Shown: in pieces, positions 57,610 through 63,082 of the stretch
Layout of the letters: each line of letters starts with the position of its first letter
Numbering within the stretch: the first letter of the stretch is position 1
NCBI GenBank assembly: GCA_045114455.1
Contig: JBGUKN010000024.1
Location: 3,904 to 67,903 of the forward strand
Direction: 5' to 3'
DNA: 64,000 bases
DNA from: Victivallales bacterium
GTDB taxonomy: Bacteria > Verrucomicrobiota > Lentisphaeria > Victivallales > UBA1829
Made by a program: the position numbers and the translations under genes
Notes under the pieces: generated by a model
The model's input: the letters and a program-made list of their open reading frames with translations, nothing else
The model's database searches: none
Told to the model about the DNA's origin: nothing

Positions 57610-57975
57610 ATGAAGATTACAGAAGACATTGTCAAAGCGCTGCACGCCTGCATCGCGGACGGCTATGATTCCGTCACCGATTTCGCCAACTGCGCCAACG
57701 TCAGCGCGAACACCATTTCCAAATACATGCGGCGCGAAACCGAGGTCATGCAGAAGGATACCTGGGAGAAACTGTATCCCCTTCTCACGGCCTATCTTCC
57801 CAAGGACGGCGACAAGGTCAAGTACGAGATCGAAATGACTGCCGACCAGAAGATCCTGCTGGATGCGTTCGACAGCCTGCCGCCGGACGTCCAGAGCCAG
57901 AAGCTCATGGAGATTATCCAGCTCGCCAAAAAGCATCTGGCCGCCGTCGAGGCCGCGAAAAACGCCGCCGACTGA
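57610..57975 (+). CDS. Small hypothetical protein with an HTH-like segment
   Basis: 121 aa. SVTDFANCANVSANTISKYMRRE resembles a Cro/C1-type HTH. It starts 27 nt after the kinase stop. Confidence 0.55.
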   Translation: MKITEDIVKALHACIADGYDSVTDFANCANVSANTISKYMRRETEVMQKDTWEKLYPLLTAYLPKDGDKVKYEIEMTADQKILLDAFDSLPPDVQSQKLMEIIQLAKKHLAAVEAAKNAAD

Positions 57976-57982
57976 TCCTTTG

Positions 57983-58720
57983 ATGCCGGATCCCGATCCC
58001 AATCCCAACCTCACGAAGTTTCTGGCGGCCTCCGGCGCCGCATCCAGACGGCATTCCGCCGAACTCGTCAAGGCCGGGCATGTGTCCGTAAACGGCGAAG
58101 TCTGCACCGACCCATCCGTCCGCATCGGGCCTGATGACCGCGTGTCGCTGGACGGAAAGGATATCGAACCTGTCCGCACATTTGTCTATGTCATGCTCCA
58201 TAAGCCGCGCGGCTATGTGTGCACCTCGGAAGACCCCCATGCCCCGAAAAAGGCCCTGGACCTGATCCGTATTCCCGGCGTCCGCCTCGTTTCCGCGGGG
58301 CGCCTTGATAAGAACAGCGAGGGGCTGATCCTCTTCTCCAATGACGGCGCCTGGATCGAAAAACTCACGCATCCGCGCCACGGCACGCGCAAGACCTATC
58401 AGGTCACGACCGACCGCCCCCTTTCCCCCGCCGACATCCGGCTCCTGACCACTTCCGGCGTGCAGGACGACGGCGAAACGCTCCGCGCTCTTTCCATCCG
58501 CGCCGAAGCACCGGGCCGCTATGTTTTCGTCCTCGGCGAGGGAAAAAACCGCGAAATCCGCCGCATGCTGGAATCGCTCGGAAACCGCACGCGCAGGCTC
58601 AAACGCATTGCGGTCGGCGGGCTTCGTCTTGGCGGGCTCCCGATGGGACAATGGCGCAAGCTCACTCCAGCTGAAGCTCAGCTTGCACTTACTTCCCGGA
58701 AACCTGTCCCCCGTGCCTGA
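57983..58720 (+). CDS. rluB: Pseudouridine synthase, RsuA/RluB family (S4 domain + catalytic domain)
   Basis: LTKFLAASGAASRRHSAELVKAGHVSVNG (S4), YVMLHKPRGYV, SAGRLDKNSEGLILFSNDG, KTYQV. Start is ATG 57983. The stop codon lies inside the first hairpin repeat unit. Confidence 0.85.
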   Translation: MPDPDPNPNLTKFLAASGAASRRHSAELVKAGHVSVNGEVCTDPSVRIGPDDRVSLDGKDIEPVRTFVYVMLHKPRGYVCTSEDPHAPKKALDLIRIPGVRLVSAGRLDKNSEGLILFSNDGAWIEKLTHPRHGTRKTYQVTTDRPLSPADIRLLTTSGVQDDGETLRALSIRAEAPGRYVFVLGEGKNREIRRMLESLGNRTRRLKRIAVGGLRLGGLPMGQWRKLTPAEAQLALTSRKPVPRA

Positions 58721-58835
58721 GCGAAGCCAGGCACTACTTAACACACTCTGTGTGTGCCTGAGCGAAGCCATGCACTACTTGACACACTCCGTGTGTGCGC
58801 GAGCGTAGCCGCGCACTGCCCGACACACCGCAAGC
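58713..58835 (+). repeat. Three tandem ~41-bp units, each a GTGC-N3-GCGNAGC-N3-GCAC hairpin plus an ACACAC-TCT-GTGTGT hairpin
   Basis: Unit 1 is GTGCCTGAGCGAAGCCAGGCACTACTTAACACACTCTGTGT (58713). Unit 2 is GTGCCTGAGCGAAGCCATGCACTACTTGACACACTCCGTGT (58754). Unit 3 is the degenerate GTGCGCGAGCGTAGCCGCGCACTGCCCGACACACC (58795). Confidence 0.9.
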
Positions 58836-58847
58836 GGTACTGATACA

Positions 58848-58869
58848 GTGCTCTGCTTCGCGAGAGCAC
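58848..58869 (-). repeat. Inverted single copy of the hairpin repeat
   Basis: GTGCTCT-GCTTCGCG-AGAGCAC; the loop is the reverse complement of CGCGAAGC. Confidence 0.75.
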
Positions 58870-58886
58870 GCATCACAGCGAAAATC

Positions 58887-58952
58887 GTGCCTGAGCGTAG
58901 CCGGGCACTACTTGGTGGAGGCGTTCGCCTCCCAGTGGAGGCGTTCGCCTCC
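58887..58952 (+). repeat. Bipartite repeat element (hairpin 1 plus a duplicated GGAGGC/GCCTCC hairpin 2)
   Basis: GTGCCTG-AGCGTAGC-CGGGCAC, then TACTTG, then GTGGAGGCGTTCGCCTCCC and AGTGGAGGCGTTCGCCTCCC. Confidence 0.85.
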
Positions 58953-58970
58953 CTTTTTTCGTATTTTTTT
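58937..58970 (+). terminator. Likely rho-independent terminator of rluB
   Basis: The last GGAGGCG-TT-CGCCTCC hairpin is followed by CTTTTTTCGTATTTTTTT. Confidence 0.6.
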
Positions 58971-59031
58971 CCGGTTTCAGTTTGCATTTTTCAGCCACGG
59001 GGTGTATATTAAGTTTCATGCAAGAAATTGC

Positions 59032-59108
59032 GGGGGCGTAGCTCAACTGGTTAGAGTGCCACCCTGTCACGGTGGATGTTGCGGGTTCGAATCCCGTCGC
59101 TCTCGCCA
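59032..59108 (+). tRNA. tRNA-Asp (anticodon GUC), CCA encoded
   Basis: Hand-folded cloverleaf. The acceptor stem pairs GGGGGCG with CGCTCTC (two G-U pairs). The D arm is GCTC-AACTGGTTA-GAGT. The anticodon arm is CCACC-CTGTCAC-GGTGG with GTC in the anticodon position. The T arm is GCGGG-TTCGAAT-CCCGT, followed by discriminator G and CCA. Confidence 0.9.
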
Positions 59109-59157
59109 TTTTTGTATCTGCACAGTACAAAATGGCGTTTTTTTATGTCTTGAATCC

Positions 59158-59205
59158 GTGCCGTCGCGAAGCACGGCACAACCGCAGCGGAGGCACTGCC
59201 TCCCC
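59158..59205 (+). repeat. Bipartite hairpin repeat element between tRNA-Asp and xerD
   Basis: GTGCCGT-CGCGAAGC-ACGGCAC, then AACCGCA, then GCGGAGGC-ACT-GCCTCCCC. It ends 10 nt before the xerD ATG. Confidence 0.85.
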
Positions 59206-59214
59206 GGGGGGCGC

Positions 59215-60111
59215 ATGGAAAAGATCCTTCAACATTTCATCGGCTATCTGACGGCCGAACGCGGCCTCAGCCGGAATTCCACCGCCGCCTATTCCTCCGA
59301 CCTCGAAGACTATGTCCACTGGCTTCGCGCGCAGGGCATCGAGTCGTTCGACGCCGCCGGACGCGATGCGATCATCGACTACCTCGAATACTGCCGCGAC
59401 GAGCGCACACTGGAGACAGTCAGCATCGCGCGCCGTCTGGTCGCGATCAAGATCCTGTACCGCTATCTTTTCCGCGAACGCCTGATCGCCGCGGACGTGA
59501 CGGACGTGATGGATTCGCCGAAATTCTGGCGCATCCTGCCGGATTTCCTGAATGTGGCAGAGGTCGACGCCCTGCTCAACGCGTTTCCCGTGAAGGCGCA
59601 GGACCCGCTCGCGATCCGCAACCGCTGCATCCTGGAGCTGCTGTATTCCTGCGGGCTCCGCGTCAGCGAATGCGTGAACCTGCGTTTCGGCTCCGTCCGC
59701 TTTGACGAACGCACCATCCGTGTGCTCGGCAAGGGCTCCAAGGAACGCATCGTGCCGATGGGCGACGCCGCGATCCGCCAGCTGAAACGCTATCTGGAGA
59801 AAGCCCGGCCCGAACTCGCCGGGGACGGAACCGCGCCCCAGCTTTTCCTGTCCAACCACGGCCGCAAGCTCGACCGCGAACGCATCTGGATGGTCGTGAA
59901 GGAGGCCGCGCGCATCGCCGGGATCACGAAGAACATCCACCCTCACACGCTCCGGCATTCCTTCGCCAGCCATCTGCTCGAAAACGGCGCCGACCTGCGC
60001 GTGATCCAGGAGATGCTCGGGCATGCCGACATCAGCACCACGCAGATCTACACGCACGTCGACGAGAACCGCCTGCTCGGCGTCTTCAACAAGTTCCACC
60101 CGAGAGCCTGA
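59215..60111 (+). CDS. xerD: Tyrosine recombinase XerD
   Basis: FIGYLTAERGLSRNSTAAYSSDLEDY, LLYSCGLRVSECVNL, GKGSKERIVPMG, HTLRHSFASHLLENGADLRVIQEMLGHADISTTQIYTHV, with the C-terminus HPRA. Start is ATG 59215. Confidence 0.9.
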   Translation: MEKILQHFIGYLTAERGLSRNSTAAYSSDLEDYVHWLRAQGIESFDAAGRDAIIDYLEYCRDERTLETVSIARRLVAIKILYRYLFRERLIAADVTDVMDSPKFWRILPDFLNVAEVDALLNAFPVKAQDPLAIRNRCILELLYSCGLRVSECVNLRFGSVRFDERTIRVLGKGSKERIVPMGDAAIRQLKRYLEKARPELAGDGTAPQLFLSNHGRKLDRERIWMVVKEAARIAGITKNIHPHTLRHSFASHLLENGADLRVIQEMLGHADISTTQIYTHVDENRLLGVFNKFHPRA

Positions 60112-60113
60112 TT

Positions 60114-61202
60114 ATGAAGCTGAAAGAATTCCTCAACACCCCCATCCGCCGCATGGTCGCCCGCAACATCGCGCTGTCGCTGGTCGTCGGCATCTGCCTG
60201 CTGTATGTGGCGCTGCGCGATTCCCGCCGGATGCACTCCGAGACTGTCATGTTCTCCACCATGAGTACGTTCGGGACGGTCAGCCTGGCGCATCAGGAGA
60301 AAATGACGCTCAGCAATGCCCTGACGGCGGCGCACGAGGCAGTCCGCGAGGTGGAGAAGACCTGCAACATCTTCGATCCGGAAAGCGAACTTGCCAGGCT
60401 TAACGCGACCGCCGCGGACGAGCCGTTCGCGTGTTCGGACCTGCTGTGGGATGTGCTTGCGCAGGCGCGGGCGTTCTGGCGCGATTCAGGCGGTGCGTTC
60501 GATGTGACGATCGATCCGCTGATGAAGCTCTGGGGATTCCACAGCAAACGCGAGACGCTGCCGTCCGAGGCGGAGATCGCCGAGGCCAAGCAGCGCACCG
60601 GGCTTGACAAGGTCGTGTTCGACGACGCAAAGCATACCGTGAAGTTCTCCGTGCCCGGCATGTCGATCAACCTCGGCGGCATCGCCAAGGGCTACGCGCT
60701 CGACCGCGCCGCGGACGCCGTCCGCGCGCTCGGCGTGAAGACCGGCTGGATCGAAATCGGCGGCAATATCCTGGCGCTTCCGAAGAAGTCCGGCGGCGGC
60801 AAATACGCAGCGGGCATCCGGAATCCGTTCGACAAGGAGACTCTCCTCGGCAGGACCACGCTTTCCGACGCCGCGGTCAGCACCAGCGGCAACTACGAAC
60901 GCTATGTGGTCATCGACGGCAGGCAGTACACGCACATCATCGATCCTGCGACCGGGCTGCCCGTGGCCGACATGGATTCCGTTTCCGTGATCGTGCCCGC
61001 CGGGCTGAACGTCCCGCCGGGAGTTGCCTCGGACGCCCTTTCCACCTCGATCTTCATCGCCGGGCCGGACGCCGTGGCTGGCTGGACGAAGAAGTTCCCC
61101 GGACTGCGCGTGCTGATCGTGCGCGGTCCCGCCGACAAGCCGGAGATACTGAAATACGGCAAAGGCTGGGGCGAAATCCCGTCGAAACTCCCGCCGAAAT
61201 AA
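60114..61202 (+). CDS. apbE: FAD:protein FMN transferase ApbE
   Basis: GGAFDVTIDPLMKLWGF, INLGGIAKGYALD, VSTSGNYERY, HIIDPATG, SDALSTSIF. There is an N-terminal membrane anchor. Confidence 0.9.
   Translation: MKLKEFLNTPIRRMVARNIALSLVVGICLLYVALRDSRRMHSETVMFSTMSTFGTVSLAHQEKMTLSNALTAAHEAVREVEKTCNIFDPESELARLNATAADEPFACSDLLWDVLAQARAFWRDSGGAFDVTIDPLMKLWGFHSKRETLPSEAEIAEAKQRTGLDKVVFDDAKHTVKFSVPGMSINLGGIAKGYALDRAADAVRALGVKTGWIEIGGNILALPKKSGGGKYAAGIRNPFDKETLLGRTTLSDAAVSTSGNYERYVVIDGRQYTHIIDPATGLPVADMDSVSVIVPAGLNVPPGVASDALSTSIFIAGPDAVAGWTKKFPGLRVLIVRGPADKPEILKYGKGWGEIPSKLPPK
61157..61184 (+). repeat. Copy 1 (inside the apbE 3' end) of a 28-bp perfect direct repeat
   Basis: CGGCAAAGGCTGGGGCGAAATCCCGTCG encodes GKGWGEIPS in apbE. 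Confidence 0.9.
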
Positions 61203-61219
61203 AAAAACCTCTTTTTTTC

Positions 61220-61266
61220 GTGCACGAGCGAAGCCGTGCACTGCAACAGTGGAGGCTCAGCCTCCC
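61220..61266 (+). repeat. Bipartite hairpin repeat element just after the apbE stop
   Basis: GTGCACG-AGCGAAGC-CGTGCAC, then TGCAACA, then GTGGAGGC-TCA-GCCTCCC. Confidence 0.85.
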
Positions 61267-61293
61267 GGCAAAGGCTGGGGCGAAATCCCGTCG
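61266..61293 (+). repeat. Copy 2 of the 28-bp direct repeat (relic apbE 3' end)
   Basis: An identical 28-mer 109 bp downstream of copy 1. Read in the apbE frame it continues GKGWGEIPSDIPPQ-stop, against GKGWGEIPSKLPPK-stop in the live gene. Confidence 0.9.
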
Positions 61294-61320
61294 GATATTC
61301 CGCCTCAGTAATTTCTCTTC

Positions 61321-61368
61321 GTGCCGTCGCGCAGCACGGCACTGTATTAGTGGAGGCTATGCCTCCCC
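61321..61368 (+). repeat. Bipartite hairpin repeat element abutting the traX-family stop codon
   Basis: GTGCCGT-CGCGCAGC-ACGGCAC, then TGTATTA, then GTGGAGGC-TAT-GCCTCCCC. Confidence 0.85.
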
Positions 61369-61370
61369 TC

Positions 61371-62192
61371 CTAGAAGTAATAGGTCGGGAGCAGATGGTT
61401 GGCCCGGAGAATGCCCAGGATCAGCAGGTGCAGCGGGTAGTAGACGTAGAAGAACCACTTCATGAACGCGTTGAACGCCGGGTTCGGGCCGCGTTTGCCG
61501 TTGTACAGCGCCAGGATCGGGATCGCCAGCACCACGGAGAGCTGCAGGAACGAGTACGTCAGGTTGGTCGACGGGAACAGGAATCCGAACATGCCCACGT
61601 AGAAGATCAGCCAGAGCGTCTGCTTCAGCAGATGCCCGCGGTTCGTTCCGAAGCTCAGCACCAGCACGGACGCCGTGCAGCTCCAGTCGCCGGGGAAACT
61701 CACCACGCAGATCAGGCAGATCAGCAGCGTCTTCAGCCACGCGCTCCGGATGCGCTCCGAATACTCCACGCGGAGCATCACCAGGCCCCACGCCAGCGTC
61801 CAGATCACGCTCGTCTGACTGTGCAGGCATGCGGCATTCAGAAACGAAATGTCGCGGAACCGGATCGCCTGCCATATCCCGCTGTAGTAGAGCGGCACGA
61901 ACGGGCGCCAGTCGCTGAACCCGTTCCATTCCGAGACGTATGCGAAATGCGAGATTAGCGCGAAGAGGAACATGCGGAACATGTATTTGTTGACGTTCCG
62001 CGTGTGGAAGAATCCCTCCGCCACGAAGAAGCACATCGTCGGCATCGTGATGCGCCCGATGATGTGCATCAGCTCCGGCTTCCAGTTCAGCGCACACCCG
62101 GGGTAGATCGCCCACGCGATATGGTCGATCGTCATGGCGATGATCGCGATCAGCTTGATCGCGTTCGCATCCAGTATTTTGCAGTTTTTCAT
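61371..62192 (-). CDS. TraX family membrane protein
   Basis: MKNCKILDANAIKLIAIIAMTIDHIAWAIYPG..., multiple TM segments, and FYVYYPLHLLILGIL near the C-terminus. Confidence 0.75.
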   Translation of the reverse strand: MKNCKILDANAIKLIAIIAMTIDHIAWAIYPGCALNWKPELMHIIGRITMPTMCFFVAEGFFHTRNVNKYMFRMFLFALISHFAYVSEWNGFSDWRPFVPLYYSGIWQAIRFRDISFLNAACLHSQTSVIWTLAWGLVMLRVEYSERIRSAWLKTLLICLICVVSFPGDWSCTASVLVLSFGTNRGHLLKQTLWLIFYVGMFGFLFPSTNLTYSFLQLSVVLAIPILALYNGKRGPNPAFNAFMKWFFYVYYPLHLLILGILRANHLLPTYYF

Positions 62193-62198
62193 GCCGCG

Positions 62199-62246
62199 TT
62201 ACCCCGCCATTTGCACCGCCAATTACACCGCCAATTACACCGCCAA
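62199..62246. repeat. Four tandem 12-bp repeats (TTRCMCCGCCAW) abutting the traX-family start codon
   Basis: TTACCCCGCCAT TTGCACCGCCAA TTACACCGCCAA TTACACCGCCAA. The minus strand reads TTGGCGGTGTAA and so on, ending 6 nt before the ATG at 62192. Confidence 0.9.
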
Positions 62247-62269
62247 AATGACCGATAAAAGCATGAAAC

Positions 62270-62301
62270 ATCCACGGGCGATGTGTTTGTCTCCCGTGGA
62301 T
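62270..62301 (-). terminator. Hairpin after ydbL (possible terminator)
   Basis: ATCCACGGG (62270-62278) pairs with CCCGTGGAT (62293-62301) as a 9-bp stem. The downstream minus-strand sequence GTTTCATGCTTTTA is only weakly U-rich. Confidence 0.4.
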
Positions 62302-62325
62302 ATGTGTGTGGAAAAACTACGGGAC

Positions 62326-62757
62326 TTACTTCTTTTCCGCGGGGGCGGGCTTGGGGGCCTTGACCCACTTGCCGTCTTCGCCCTGGATGAATTCGCCTTC
62401 GGCGGCCTTGGAACGGATCTGCTTGGCGCGGAGTTCGCCGACCTTGTCGACGGTGGAGCCTTCCTTCTTGGCGATGGCGGCATAAACGGCCTTGCGGTCC
62501 TTGTTTTCGGCCTCGATGAGCTTGTTTTCGTCGTCGGAGAGCTTGACTTCCTTGTCGTTCTTGTCCTTCTTCATGGCTTCGAGGTAGCCATCCTTGTTTT
62601 CGCCGACGGAACCGGCCTTCTTGAGGACTTCGATCTTGGGCTTGCGGTCGGCCATGTTCTTCTTGATGGTGGCGGCGTCGTCCGCGGCGGAAAGGGCCTG
62701 CGGGACGGCGAAAGCGAGCGTGAGTGCGGCAACGGAGAGAGCGAGCAGTTTTTTCAT
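62326..62757 (-). CDS. ydbL: YdbL-like periplasmic protein (DUF1318)
   Basis: Signal peptide MKKLLALSVAALTLAFAVPQALSA. DUF1318-like blocks are GSVGENKDGYLE and IEAENKDRKAVYAAIAKKEGSTVDKVGELRAKQ. Start is ATG 62757. Confidence 0.8.
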   Translation of the reverse strand: MKKLLALSVAALTLAFAVPQALSAADDAATIKKNMADRKPKIEVLKKAGSVGENKDGYLEAMKKDKNDKEVKLSDDENKLIEAENKDRKAVYAAIAKKEGSTVDKVGELRAKQIRSKAAEGEFIQGEDGKWVKAPKPAPAEKK

Positions 62758-62795
62758 GGTAAAATCTCCTGAAGATGTGAAAGTTTCAGTTCGGA

Positions 62796-62987
62796 TCAAA
62801 GTGCGTCGAGGTCGCCGAAGAAGTCGTCGAGGGCCTTTTCGATGCGGATGTTGATGTCGAGCGTGATGTGGACGGGTTTGATCTCGATCGGCTTGACATC
62901 GACTTCGCTCTGGGTCTTGATGCACGCCGAAGCGCCGAAGCCGAGCAGGACGGCCGCGGCGGCGAGGACTGGCAGGAACGATTTCAT
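62796..62987 (-). CDS. ynbE: YnbE-like small lipoprotein
   Basis: The 63-aa protein is MKSFLPVLAAAAVLLGFGASACIKTQSEVDVKPIEIKPVHITLDINIRIEKALDDFFGDLDAL (lipobox GASAC). These are the last 63 codons of track ORF 62796..63680; the remainder of that ORF is an overlap artefact. Confidence 0.75.
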   Translation of the reverse strand: MKSFLPVLAAAAVLLGFGASACIKTQSEVDVKPIEIKPVHITLDINIRIEKALDDFFGDLDAL

Positions 62988-63082
62988 GTTGGTGATTCCT
63001 TTCCCGGTTGAGGGTGTTCTGTTGATGGTTGCGTTATGTGTTGAGTTGAAGTTGCTGGCTGGTTGAGGTTGAAGGTGAAAGG

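Noticed and set aside
58713-58952. Possible CRISPR array (regularly spaced palindromic repeats)
   Set aside because: The units are head-to-tail ~41-bp repeats with no unique spacers. There are only 3-5 units, the spacer parts are themselves conserved, and there are no cas genes. I treat it as a tandem REP-like array.
59032-60111. tRNA-Asp followed by a tyrosine recombinase, which could mark a genomic-island integration site
   Set aside because: The recombinase is full-length XerD-like along its whole length, including the HPRA C-terminus. I see no repeat of the tRNA 3' end downstream. The following genes (apbE and others) are housekeeping and have normal composition.
61371-62192. TraX as evidence for a conjugative element
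   Set aside because: No other tra/trb, relaxase, T4SS or integrase genes are adjacent. TraX-family acyltransferase-like membrane proteins are common as stand-alone chromosomal genes.
61357-62271. 304-aa minus-strand ORF beginning MFHAFIGHFGGVIGGVIGGANGG
   Set aside because: It overlaps the traX-family gene in another frame. Its repetitive N-terminus is simply the translation of the 12-bp tandem repeats. The traX frame has the family signature and a proper stop context.
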